Part shown: positions 10,002 through 20,174 of the stretch, piece by piece
Position numbering within the stretch: position 1 is the first letter of the stretch
How the letters are laid out: each line of letters begins with the position of its first letter
From: a virus
Taxonomy: Duplodnaviria > Caudoviricetes
IMG/VR virus record: IMGVR_UViG_3300031088_000758
Reading direction: 5' to 3' (one strand)
Length of the DNA: 64,000 nucleotides
The notes under the pieces: model-generated
What the model was told of the DNA's origin: nothing
What the model saw: only the letters and a program-made list of their open reading frames with translations
The model's database searches: none
Translations under genes and position numbers: made by a program

Positions 10002-10400
10002 TCAATCGCTGTAAGGATTTTCTAGCTCAGCAAATGTTGCAACGCCTCCTGCTGTATTAACTGTGTTAATGTCATCAGCTAACTTTTTAGCAGTTCCTGT
10101 AAGTCCCTTGTTTTTGCCACCGAACAAGTCGCCACCAGCAAATACAAGCACACCTACAACCGCAGCAATACCAACAAAGCCAATAAGTTTCATCCAAGCA
10201 CGATCTTTAATAAAGAACAACGCAAAGATAGCAACCATAGCAATGAAGATTGGAGTGATCCAGTTTGAAAGAATATTGTTCCAGAAACCATTAAGTCCTC
10301 TGTTTCCAATAATCTCAACAGTATCAACACCGCCAACCATGTGAACTACTGACGAATTAACGCCCGCAATTAAATCTACAATGTTATCCATAATTTTCAT
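10002..10400 (-). CDS. TcpD-like small T4SS membrane protein
   Basis: Two TM helices WITPIFIAMVAIFALFFIKDRAWMKLIGFVGIAAVVGVLVF, between TcpC-like and VirB4-like genes. Confidence 0.6.
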   Translation of the reverse strand: MKIMDNIVDLIAGVNSSVVHMVGGVDTVEIIGNRGLNGFWNNILSNWITPIFIAMVAIFALFFIKDRAWMKLIGFVGIAAVVGVLVFAGGDLFGGKNKGLTGTAKKLADDINTVNTAGGVATFAELENPYSD

Positions 10401-10575
10401 CTACTCCGTGGATAGTAATTATTTTTTTTCTGATCAGATATTGATATCCACTTTCAGCGACGTGTAAACCACTAAAAGTAAATTCATTTATAATATCAGA
10501 ATGCTTTTCTAAAACAATTAAAGTAACATTCCTTAACTAATATCATTTCTATCTAATTTTAAATATTTTTATATA

Positions 10576-12402
10576 TTATTCCGTAGCTTCTTCAGCATTT
10601 TCTTCAGCTTCAGCTTCTTGCTCAGCCGCTGCAGCCTCTTCGTCTTGAACAAAATACAAAGGTTGGAATTTAGCAACAAGGAACATTCCATTTGATTGTT
10701 CTTGCAAAGTAGCAACATAAGTAGAAGTCATTTGAATATTTGAGTTTTCGTTAATACCTGTACTCCATGTTACATTAGTCAAAACTTTCATCACATTAGG
10801 ATCTTCAGGATCAGTATACACAGTATAAGTAACAGCGTTTTCTACACTTCCACCCATAAAATCATAATTACTATTTAATCCTTGAGTCAATGTGGCAGGA
10901 GGATTGCTAACTACATATTGGTCAAGAGTAGAATGATCATCCGCAGAAGATTCACGATAACCATTTAAGAAACCGTAAAGAACAGGCTGAACTCTATCTA
11001 TAACTTCAGGGTCACTCACTTCTTCGCCCAAAGATTGTTGAGCTGGCAATTCAGCTCCATTGCCCACAGAACTTGTAGGTAATATAGAAGGTGATTCAGG
11101 AGTAATAGTGAATTTATCTGTGTCAACATCATAGTATACGTTGACATTCAAGAATATCCATTGTGAAACAGCTGCATTTGCTTCTTCACCTTCTACTTGT
11201 TGCGCTGATGATTCTACTACTGCACCAATAGTATATCTAGCAGAATAATCGGTAAGTGCAACAGATTCATAAACTGTGGGTCCATAAACCACTGATTGGT
11301 TATAGCCAGAACCTATAACTCTATTGGATTCTGATTGATCTTCAGCTGTAAGCTCACCTGTGTAGAAGTAAGATAGCACACTCGAATTTATTGCTCTACC
11401 TTCAGTGTCAGTACTTAAATATGCTTGTGCAAAATCTGTAGCAAAACCTTCACCACGTTCTAGTGGGAAGCTCGTAAGATTAACGGTATTTTGTATCGTT
11501 GCTACAATTTCATCTTCTGAAAGTTGAGGCTCAGGGAAAAATGTGTTCTTAGCACCTAATCCTAATAAACCTACAAGTGCAGCGATAATAAACAGACGTG
11601 TTATATTAGCTGCTGTTCTCATATTTTTTCGTTCATCGTATTCATGTTCTTTGGTTTTTAGCTTTTTGCTCTTTTTGCCACCGAAAGGAAGCAACTTACC
11701 GTTTTTTTCGTCTATGAAAACATCTTGTCCATATTCATCTTTGACATTATCTTCAAACATACTCTTTTTATTTGATTTCTTTTTTCTTGAAGATTCTTCA
11801 TGAACCATTTCGTCGTTTTCTGGAGAAGAGTCTTCATCAGAAGAAATCTCATCCTCAAAAGAATTATCAGTGTCATCAAAGTTAATATCTTCTGTTTCAG
11901 GCTCAGGTTTACCTAAATTCATTTCTTCTTCTAAAGCTTTACGACGTTCAGCTCTTACACGTTCAGCTTGTTGTTTAGCTCTACGTTCTGCTGATTGTCT
12001 TTTAGCATCACGACGTTTTTGCTCTTCTTCTTCCTGGGTATCATACTCTAACTGTTCATCAATAGATAAACTTTCGAAAGTATCATCATTTTCGTCATCA
12101 TACTGATTTACTACTGGTTCTGGCTTTCGTCTTTTATTAACTTCTCTTAGTCTATCCCTTAACTGTGCTTGAGCAACATTAGGGTCTACATGAGCTGTTC
12201 CTTTTACCTCAAGTTCTTCGTCAAAGTCAGGCTCCAGCATTGGATTTACTGGGTTAACATCCTGTCTTTGTTGAGATTGTGGCAGTCCGTTGTTTGGTCT
12301 GCGCTGATCAGATTGTTGAGGGTTTTGGTTAGGACGTGGCAAACCCTGCCCTGGTCCCTGAGGACGCTGATTAGGCAAACCAGGCTTGTTAGGTAATGGC
12401 AT
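10576..12402 (-). CDS. TcpC/VirB8-like conjugal transfer protein with long disordered N-terminus
   Basis: One TM (LFIIAALVGLLGLGA), then GFATDFAQAYL and a second FLNGY-type helix consistent with tandem NTF2-like domains. Confidence 0.7.
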   Translation of the reverse strand: MPLPNKPGLPNQRPQGPGQGLPRPNQNPQQSDQRRPNNGLPQSQQRQDVNPVNPMLEPDFDEELEVKGTAHVDPNVAQAQLRDRLREVNKRRKPEPVVNQYDDENDDTFESLSIDEQLEYDTQEEEEQKRRDAKRQSAERRAKQQAERVRAERRKALEEEMNLGKPEPETEDINFDDTDNSFEDEISSDEDSSPENDEMVHEESSRKKKSNKKSMFEDNVKDEYGQDVFIDEKNGKLLPFGGKKSKKLKTKEHEYDERKNMRTAANITRLFIIAALVGLLGLGAKNTFFPEPQLSEDEIVATIQNTVNLTSFPLERGEGFATDFAQAYLSTDTEGRAINSSVLSYFYTGELTAEDQSESNRVIGSGYNQSVVYGPTVYESVALTDYSARYTIGAVVESSAQQVEGEEANAAVSQWIFLNVNVYYDVDTDKFTITPESPSILPTSSVGNGAELPAQQSLGEEVSDPEVIDRVQPVLYGFLNGYRESSADDHSTLDQYVVSNPPATLTQGLNSNYDFMGGSVENAVTYTVYTDPEDPNVMKVLTNVTWSTGINENSNIQMTSTYVATLQEQSNGMFLVAKFQPLYFVQDEEAAAAEQEAEAEENAEEATE

Positions 12403-12466
12403 ATATACTCCCGAATCATCGAATAAAAACTACATTAATAATATCTGACAATTATTTATTTAAGAA

Positions 12467-14986
12467 TTAAAAATTAAAATCAGGTAGAGCATCATCTAAG
12501 TCATCATCATCATCTACGATAGGTGGACGTTCTTTTCTTCTTTTTGCTGGTTTAAAACTGTCTGAACCTACAATAGAGCTGAATGAATCTCCGGCACTAT
12601 TGTTCATTGAAGAAACATTAGAACTTTTAGGTGGACGAACAGGTAATTTAGTGCTCTTTGAAAGTTGCGGGGTTTTAGATTTATTAAAATTTTCTCTTTT
12701 TTCAAAATTATCAAGGGTTTTATTTTCTTTTCGCTCAATTACATCATCTTCTGGAAAATCAATGTTTATATTATTTGATAAATCATCATCTTCTTCATCT
12801 ATAACCGAGAATTCGAAATCTCCATCAGTAACTTCCTCATTGTCTATATTCTCCTGAGAAAATTCATCTAACTCATCTTGACGATCTTCAAAAGGTTCTT
12901 CTTCGTAGCTAGCATGATGCATATAATCAACAGGTGGTTCAGGAATATTGAATTCTTTTTCTTGGAGAAAGTTATCAATATTCTCATCATCTTCTATTAC
13001 TTCGGGAGATATTTCTTCATCATAAACAACTTTTGCCTCTTCTTCTTCAATGGAGGAATGCTTTTCTAAAACACGATTAGTAGGTATCATCCATACTTTT
13101 TTAATCACTACACCTTCTTTTCCTCTGTTATTCGGTTCATCAGAAGATTTCTTTACAATAATAGCTTCAGTCTTGTAATTATTTGAAGATTTAGGCATTG
13201 ATAGATTCATAAATTTACTAGGTGGTGCTATCCAATCTTTTTCAGTGCTTGTATGCACCATTTGATTTCTTCGGTTTTTCCAGTTTAAAGAGAATATGAA
13301 ACTTTGATTTTGATTAGCTTGTCTATAGATGGTTTTAGTTTCTTGACCAGCAATATTAGAAAGTCTTTGTGCTGATTTCTCAGTTGCTCCAGCATGAACA
13401 ATAAAGTTAGCACAAGTGTCTAGAATACTGTTGAGTTGTGCTTCCCCGTTTGATTCAGCAGCTGATATGATTTGTTCATAAGATTGTGAAGCCATAGTTG
13501 TTCCAAATCCTGATGCTCTTGATTTTTCAAGCAGTGGAGCAAGAGAAGTTGGTGAAACCGCTTGGAATTCATCAATATACACATTAACATGGTCATCTAT
13601 GCCATTTCTTAACCTCATAGCTGATACTGCGCTAAGATCACTGAGTATTAAGGAACCCATATATCTTGCAAAGTCTTTTTCTGAAAGGCCATCCATTGAG
13701 AACAAAATAACATTCCCAGGTTCTTTAAGAAGCTTATAAAGATCAATGTTTCTATCATTCTTTTCGTATTTCAACCAGCGTCCATATTCTGAATTGACTA
13801 ATGTGCTCATCTGTCCCTGTAAAGCAATAAATGCTTGGTTAAGTCCACTAGTTTTCTTTTTAACCTTCAACTCAAAATCCCTAGCGACTGACTCTGCCTC
13901 AGTTCCTGAAGTAGCATCAATAAGTTCCATTAAGTTGCCTTCAGCGCTTCCGTTTAAACCGTTAACTATGGAGTTAATCTTGTAAATTTCGCCTTGGTCC
14001 CATTTAATGTTTTTTGTTTTCTTCTTATCAGCATATTTCATTATAAAGAACAATGTTTGTAAAAGTTCACGCATGTTCTGTTTATATACTGCAGCAGCTG
14101 TGTCGTATTCGCGCATACCTAAAATCATGTCAGCTTTTGCTGAACCTGAATTTTTTAAAGGATCGTAAAATGCATGCCCTGGAGAGCCTTCTACTTTATA
14201 TTCTTCGGGCGCACCATTGTCAAAATGGTAAAAATCTCTACCCTGTTCATTAGCCCATTGAGCGAGTTTTGTAGAAAATTCTTGCGAACGCTTAAAGTCA
14301 ATAACAATTATCGAAATGCCATTAATGATGTCACTCAACATCGAATTTAGCATAGTAATAGTTTTTCCTGAACCTGTTGTTCCAGAAATTAAAGTGGACT
14401 GATGCATTTCAGTATTGTAGCGATAAACAATGTTATCTTCTTCGTCAATACCTATTGCTATTTTCTCTTCAGAGTGGTATTTCCCTTCCATTAATCCTTT
14501 GATTTTCTTCTTTCGTTTGTAATATTCCCAAGGAGTTCGACGGAATTTAAACTTATACATCCAACTTCCTTCAAGTTGGACCCTATGTGGATTAGACTTT
14601 ATCTGTCTTACTTCCCAAAGGATAAGGATAAAACCGAATAAGCTCCCCAATAGAATATTTACAGAAACAAAAGCGGGAACTAAATCAACCCAATAAACAT
14701 TGATGTATCGCCAATTTTCTATTACCCCTAGAAACTTAATACCAGCATCAGAAAGGTACCACACGATTAATGACAAAGAACCAATAATAGATGATACAAC
14801 AAAAGAGACAGAAATTCTTTGTCTTAGCTTTCTTAGCAAAATAGCATACATAAGAAGACCTAACACAAAAGCTGGAAGAAATAACAAAAGTATAAGACTT
14901 AATACCAGCTTGCCCGGAACACTACTATCTTTTTTAGTGCTAGAGCTATTATTGTTAGATTCTCTTTCTTGCTCTTCTTCAGCCAT
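12467..14986 (-). CDS. Type IV coupling protein (VirD4/TraD-like)
   Basis: N-terminal TMs, Walker A GTTGSGKT, IIVIDFK, Walker B YIDEFQ, SRASG; acidic C-terminal tail. Confidence 0.85.
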   Translation of the reverse strand: MAEEEQERESNNNSSSTKKDSSVPGKLVLSLILLLFLPAFVLGLLMYAILLRKLRQRISVSFVVSSIIGSLSLIVWYLSDAGIKFLGVIENWRYINVYWVDLVPAFVSVNILLGSLFGFILILWEVRQIKSNPHRVQLEGSWMYKFKFRRTPWEYYKRKKKIKGLMEGKYHSEEKIAIGIDEEDNIVYRYNTEMHQSTLISGTTGSGKTITMLNSMLSDIINGISIIVIDFKRSQEFSTKLAQWANEQGRDFYHFDNGAPEEYKVEGSPGHAFYDPLKNSGSAKADMILGMREYDTAAAVYKQNMRELLQTLFFIMKYADKKKTKNIKWDQGEIYKINSIVNGLNGSAEGNLMELIDATSGTEAESVARDFELKVKKKTSGLNQAFIALQGQMSTLVNSEYGRWLKYEKNDRNIDLYKLLKEPGNVILFSMDGLSEKDFARYMGSLILSDLSAVSAMRLRNGIDDHVNVYIDEFQAVSPTSLAPLLEKSRASGFGTTMASQSYEQIISAAESNGEAQLNSILDTCANFIVHAGATEKSAQRLSNIAGQETKTIYRQANQNQSFIFSLNWKNRRNQMVHTSTEKDWIAPPSKFMNLSMPKSSNNYKTEAIIVKKSSDEPNNRGKEGVVIKKVWMIPTNRVLEKHSSIEEEEAKVVYDEEISPEVIEDDENIDNFLQEKEFNIPEPPVDYMHHASYEEEPFEDRQDELDEFSQENIDNEEVTDGDFEFSVIDEEDDDLSNNINIDFPEDDVIERKENKTLDNFEKRENFNKSKTPQLSKSTKLPVRPPKSSNVSSMNNSAGDSFSSIVGSDSFKPAKRRKERPPIVDDDDDLDDALPDFNF

Positions 14987-15019
14987 GCCTTATACCCCTC
15001 CTACTTATACATTCATCTA

Positions 15020-16636
15020 TCAAGCACTTAAAATATCTTCAAAAGGGTTGCCATACTCTTCTACAAGTTTGAAAAACAAAGGTGTTTGAGTCAAAGTGTA
15101 TTCTTCTTTTTTAATTGCTTCAACAGCTGCATCTTCTGAATAGATTTCATCATCTTTAGCTGTATGTAAGGCTTTATTCAAGACGCTATCTATAGCTTCC
15201 AGTTTTTGGTCAATTAAATAAATTATTTCTTGAATATTTCCTTCATCGAAATTCGAAATCATACTCTTGATTTTGTGAAGAACATTTTTCCTATCTTTTC
15301 CAATAATAGAACGTTCAAACTCTAACTCATATAGATCTTGAAAAATATCATTAGATTCAGATCGTATCTCATCCAATTTTTCATCAGTAATATTTTCGTT
15401 TTCGTTGAAATTTTTATCTACTGCTGTATACTGGAATTTATGAAACGCCTCTTCATATGTATTTTGAGCTGATAAAATTTCTTCGTCAATAGTATCAGTT
15501 TCTTTTTCAAGCGCACTATTCTTGCGAAGAAGCTCAGACACATTTTTAATAGTTTCTTTATCCTGTATATTGTCGCTCATACATTTTTTCACTATATTTT
15601 CAAAATCATCAAGAATATTTGACGTTCTGCCTGTTTCCAACTTATTCAATTCTTCATACTCAAAGTCTCCATCATCAGTATCAGAGTCAGAAGGTTTAGC
15701 ATAGTCCCATTCTTCTTCGTCTGGTTCCTCTAAATCAGAGAAAGCAGCACCTGGGATTTCTGGAAGATCTTCTTCAATCGTTTCTTCTTTTTCTTCGGAG
15801 TTTGATCCAGAAAGAAAAGAGGGAAGAGCATCATCCTCAGGTATTGTTTCTTCATATGAAGGATCATTAACTGAAATGTACCCAATTTTAGCCAGTTCTT
15901 GAGCACGATCTAAAATATTAGCAAAAATAAAACCTTGAGACAGGTTTTTTACATCTTCCAAACTTGAATTACTTTCAGCAGCTGCATAAATAATTCTATC
16001 TATATCGTTAAGGCAATCGAAATCTTCAGTCTTTAAATGAAGAGTTGTGATATCTAATGGGCTGCTAGTAATTTGATCTACTCTGTCTTTTTCAAAATCG
16101 TTTTTTTCATTAACAAACTTTTCCAGTTCTCTAATGTCTATACTCATGTATTGCGTATCTTTAACAATTTTTTCAGCTTGTCCAAGAAGGATATCCAGAC
16201 TTACATTTTTAATTTCTTCATTAATGTGTAAGAAGATTGTCTCTACACTATAACTGTAAAGTATATCATTCAATATTTCTACATAATCAGGATAAGTATT
16301 TTTAACTTTTGAGTAGAAAACTGGGATTTCATTTTCTTGTGCCAATGAGGCAATATTTGTCAAAACTGTTTCATCATAGTTGCTTTTATCCAACCAATAG
16401 AAACGTTGGAAAAGCTCTAAAGGTAATTGTTCGCTTTCAACAATTCTCAGCAATCCACTGTCAAAGAAATAAGTTACTTTATCCTCTTCATATGTAACAA
16501 CTACTTTTTTAACATCGCTTGAACCGACTCCAATAGTTTTCAAAAGAGTAGTTGGGAGGTTCTCTTCATACGTAACTTCGGGTACATACAATTTACGTGG
16601 ATCAAAGTCGTTCTTTTTTCTGCTGAATAATCCCAT
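15020..16636 (-). CDS. Hypothetical acidic, coiled-coil protein
   Basis: 538-aa ORF co-oriented with neighbours; no motif recognised. Confidence 0.6.
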   Translation of the reverse strand: MGLFSRKKNDFDPRKLYVPEVTYEENLPTTLLKTIGVGSSDVKKVVVTYEEDKVTYFFDSGLLRIVESEQLPLELFQRFYWLDKSNYDETVLTNIASLAQENEIPVFYSKVKNTYPDYVEILNDILYSYSVETIFLHINEEIKNVSLDILLGQAEKIVKDTQYMSIDIRELEKFVNEKNDFEKDRVDQITSSPLDITTLHLKTEDFDCLNDIDRIIYAAAESNSSLEDVKNLSQGFIFANILDRAQELAKIGYISVNDPSYEETIPEDDALPSFLSGSNSEEKEETIEEDLPEIPGAAFSDLEEPDEEEWDYAKPSDSDTDDGDFEYEELNKLETGRTSNILDDFENIVKKCMSDNIQDKETIKNVSELLRKNSALEKETDTIDEEILSAQNTYEEAFHKFQYTAVDKNFNENENITDEKLDEIRSESNDIFQDLYELEFERSIIGKDRKNVLHKIKSMISNFDEGNIQEIIYLIDQKLEAIDSVLNKALHTAKDDEIYSEDAAVEAIKKEEYTLTQTPLFFKLVEEYGNPFEDILSA

Positions 16637-16739
16637 GTCAGTCCATTCTCTATAATTGTTCCTAAATAACGTTGTTTTTTCTTAATATCTACTAAACCGC
16701 ATATCCAACGTTTTATTGTTCACTTAAAATATCAGCCTT

Positions 16740-18638
16740 TCATTCAGATACTTCAAGCATTTTCTTTTCTTTTTTCAGCGCTTTTTCTAATAACTCTACA
16801 GGACTGTCAACATTGCTAGACTTTTGCAAGACTTTAGCAATGTTGCTACGTACATAATCAGCTTTTTCCTCAGTTTCTATCTTTTTCAAAAAGCTCATTA
16901 AATATTTAAAATGTTTCTTTTGATGTTCGACGTTCATAAGATGCGAAAAAGGCAATAAGTTTGAGTTTACAATAAAATTAACAACATCTGAACGATCAAA
17001 CAACTCAGGAATTAAAGTTTCCTTATCTTGAAGAGTTTTTAAATCTTCAACGATTGACTCAAACCCTAATGGCATTAACTTTTCATTGTGCAATAAAGCC
17101 GGTATAAATCTTGGTTCCGAAAGAGTTAAACTAAGGATTTTTGCAGCTGCTGAATAAGAGTTGTCATGTTTTATAAGAGAAACTAAATCTTCATATGATA
17201 CATAAGATTCTTTTTCAGTTTCTTCTACAGCAGATTCTTCGTAGTTTCTAGCAGCAAAATATTCCTTTTCTTTTGAATCATCTTGAGGGGTATCATTCTG
17301 ACTTATATTGATCTGTTCAACAGCCTTTTCAGGAGAAACAGATTTGCTTTTAGAGACTATTTCTCTAACCACTTCAACAGGTGTGAAGCTGTCTAATGAG
17401 ACTCTTCTAATGTAACTTTCACGTAATGGAATGTTTGAAATTGTTATTAATGTTTTTGCTACTTCTTCCACATAATTGCTTCTATCCAAAGCTGATTCTA
17501 GCTTATATTTTGAAGCAATATTGTTAATTACGAACTCTACTAAGGGAATTTGCGTTTCTTGAATATGCTTTACTAATTCTTCTGAACCATACTTATCTTT
17601 GTAATCACAGGGATCCATGCCTTCTGGAAAGGAAACCACATAAGATTGAGAGTGAATAGCAGGAGTGTTTTTGAATACTTTCAAAGCAGCTTCGATTCCG
17701 GCTTTGTCACCATCAAAACAAAAAACAATTTTTCCTGAATCCGATACTAGTCTTCTACACATTAAAGCTTGATTTGTTGTAAAAGCTGTTCCTGAACTTG
17801 CCACAACATTGCTTAATCCAGATTCGACTAATGCTACAACATCAAATTGTCCTTCATTCACATAAATTATTTGCTCATCAGACGCTTGTTTTTTTGCTTT
17901 TTCGATGTTAAACAAAGCATTTCCTTTATCGAACAAAGGCCCATCTGATGAATTCACATATTTACCCATCGTATCAGTTTCGTATAGCTTACGACCCGAA
18001 AAGCCGATAGGACGACCTGAAATGTCAGTTATGACAAACATTAAGCGACCCTGCCAAAAGTCTCTTACATAGCCCGTTTTGTCCGATTTACGGCATACTC
18101 CAGTCAGAAGTATAGTTTCTTCTGTAAAACCTTGTTCTTTCAAAAAATTGAATAAAGTATTGCGACCCTCAGGTGCATAACCATATAAAAAGCCACGAGT
18201 AGACAAACCTCTATTAGTTATTTCCAACTTTGCAGGATGATCTTCGTTTAGTTTACGAAACTCTTTTACAAAAAAATTTGCCGCTGAACGTATACAGGAT
18301 TTTAATGATTTATAATCAATTGTAGAATCAGAATTTATTTCAATTGCAATGTTCTTATCTTCTGCAAGTTTTCTAACGGCTTCCATAAAATCTAATCGTT
18401 CGTATTTTTCTACAAAAGAAATTAGATCACCATGTTCACCGCAGCCAAAACAACGGTAATTTTGAAAATGGCTATCCACTGTAAAGCTTGGAGATTTTTC
18501 GGAATGAAAAGGACAAAGACCAAGGTTCTTGTTTCCTCGCTGTTTAAGTGTAATTCCTGACTGTTGAATATAATCAACTATATCATACGCTAACTTTACC
18601 TCAGCTACTACTTTTTTAAAGTCTTTAGTCTCACTCAT
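16740..18638 (-). CDS. dnaG: DNA primase DnaG
   Basis: Zn finger CPFHSEKSPSF...CFGC; KYVNS; TOPRIM EGQFD and FDGDKAG. Confidence 0.95.
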   Translation of the reverse strand: MSETKDFKKVVAEVKLAYDIVDYIQQSGITLKQRGNKNLGLCPFHSEKSPSFTVDSHFQNYRCFGCGEHGDLISFVEKYERLDFMEAVRKLAEDKNIAIEINSDSTIDYKSLKSCIRSAANFFVKEFRKLNEDHPAKLEITNRGLSTRGFLYGYAPEGRNTLFNFLKEQGFTEETILLTGVCRKSDKTGYVRDFWQGRLMFVITDISGRPIGFSGRKLYETDTMGKYVNSSDGPLFDKGNALFNIEKAKKQASDEQIIYVNEGQFDVVALVESGLSNVVASSGTAFTTNQALMCRRLVSDSGKIVFCFDGDKAGIEAALKVFKNTPAIHSQSYVVSFPEGMDPCDYKDKYGSEELVKHIQETQIPLVEFVINNIASKYKLESALDRSNYVEEVAKTLITISNIPLRESYIRRVSLDSFTPVEVVREIVSKSKSVSPEKAVEQINISQNDTPQDDSKEKEYFAARNYEESAVEETEKESYVSYEDLVSLIKHDNSYSAAAKILSLTLSEPRFIPALLHNEKLMPLGFESIVEDLKTLQDKETLIPELFDRSDVVNFIVNSNLLPFSHLMNVEHQKKHFKYLMSFLKKIETEEKADYVRSNIAKVLQKSSNVDSPVELLEKALKKEKKMLEVSE

Positions 18639-18652
18639 AGTATCTCTCCTTC

Positions 18653-18694
18653 ATTAAAAAGATTGGATAACTCTCATTATCCAATCTTTTTAAT
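18653..18694. terminator. Perfect inverted repeat, 18-bp arms, abutting the dnaG RBS
   Basis: attaaaaagattggataa / ttatccaatctttttaat. Confidence 0.55.
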
Positions 18695-18742
18695 AATCTG
18701 TTCATGTTTACTACACTATCTTATCAATGACACTGAAAAAAC

Positions 18743-19033
18743 TCAGAAATCCCAAGTATCATCTTCAGTATCATCTTCTTGAATTGCTACACCTGCAAGA
18801 GCTAAGATTTTTTCGGGCTTGTGACCACTCCAACTATCTTCATTATTACCTACAATAACAACTGGGGCTTCAGAAAATCCCATACCCTTAACTTTCTTCA
18901 ATGCTTCTTTGTCATGAGACATGTTTTTCGTAGTAAAAGATACACCAAGTTCTTTCATCAAATCTTCAGTATCTCTGCAATTACCACAATCATCCTTGTC
19001 ATATACAATGACATCTTTTACTTCTTGTTCCAT
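18743..19033 (-). CDS. nrdH: NrdH-like glutaredoxin
   Basis: VYDKDDCGNC, APVV, WSGHKPEKI. Confidence 0.8.
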   Translation of the reverse strand: MEQEVKDVIVYDKDDCGNCRDTEDLMKELGVSFTTKNMSHDKEALKKVKGMGFSEAPVVIVGNNEDSWSGHKPEKILALAGVAIQEDDTEDDTWDF

Positions 19034-19141
19034 AAAACTAACTCCTCTTTAAAATTTAAAAACCGAACGCTAACATGTTTTCATACATCTTAACATCTAA
19101 AAACTGTAACAATATTTTTTCGAAAATATTTCATCAAGAAA

Positions 19142-19747
19142 TTATACAATATTTTTTACACAACTAAGATAATACCTATACTCTAAAACAGAATCTTGAG
19201 CATCCAACAAAGCTCTATGTGCTTTTTGTTTTTTATAAGGACCCACTAACGTATTAGACTGCAAAGCAATAGAAAGTGAAGTAACGTCAATTGAACGGTG
19301 AGATATTTTTCTATAAAAATTAGGTAAGTTCAATCTTACAAAATTTCTGTCCAAAGTTATTGAGTTGCCACCAAAATATAGAACAGTTTCAGTATCAACA
19401 TGTGTTTCCAGCCATTCAATAATGCTACACTCAATTTGATGCACATCAAAAGTCTTTTTATTCCAGAGGTCAAACCAAAGACCAGATTTTTCATGAATAT
19501 TTATTACATTTTGAGATGTTTTGGATAGAACTTCTGGTAAATTGCTTAAAGTAACTAATGATTCAAAATTGTTTCCGATGTTTCTGCCGGACAGGTCTGT
19601 AATACAAGCACCTATTTCTAATAATTCATCTGTCTCAGGAGACTCTCCCGAGGTTTCAACATCAATCCAAATTATAGCTTCAGCTAATTCTGTTTTAGTG
19701 TTAAAAGTGTCAGGATATTCAGACGCAATAGTAGTGTAATTCAACAT
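19142..19747 (-). CDS. orn: Oligoribonuclease (DEDDh exonuclease)
   Basis: IWIDVETSG, HEKSGL, GNSITLDRNF, RSIDVTS, HRALLDA. Confidence 0.85.
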   Translation of the reverse strand: MLNYTTIASEYPDTFNTKTELAEAIIWIDVETSGESPETDELLEIGACITDLSGRNIGNNFESLVTLSNLPEVLSKTSQNVINIHEKSGLWFDLWNKKTFDVHQIECSIIEWLETHVDTETVLYFGGNSITLDRNFVRLNLPNFYRKISHRSIDVTSLSIALQSNTLVGPYKKQKAHRALLDAQDSVLEYRYYLSCVKNIV

Positions 19748-19801
19748 AACGCCTTTCTTTCCGTCTGCTTCTTGAATAGTGTCTTATTATTGTATTATGA
19801 T

Positions 19802-20089
19802 TTAGTTTTCATCATCGTATTCTTCTGATGACTTTAGTTCTTCTATAAAAAATCTCATTTCTTCAGCTGAGTAACCTTCTTTGTCCCCTAAAATTATAAG
19901 ATTGATAACAGTTAAATCAGAAAACTCGTCAGAATTAGCTCCATTTTGAACTTCAATAACAGTTTTCTTTAAAGCTTTCATAAAAAGCACACCTAAATCT
20001 TCTCTGTCATCAGTTTTTTGAGAGATTAAAGCAGATTTAGTCAAAATAACATTAATTAAATCATGGAAAGAATCAGAAGACATTACCAA
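19802..20089 (-). CDS. Hypothetical protein
   Basis: 95-aa ORF filling an intergenic gap, co-oriented. Confidence 0.5.
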   Translation of the reverse strand: MVMSSDSFHDLINVILTKSALISQKTDDREDLGVLFMKALKKTVIEVQNGANSDEFSDLTVINLIILGDKEGYSAEEMRFFIEELKSSEEYDDEN

Positions 20090-20174
20090 ACCTCAAATTT
20101 CTTTGAATAAATAAAATACATTATCTATATCAATTAAACATTGTAATAACAATTAAAAATCTTTTCAATGGTTA

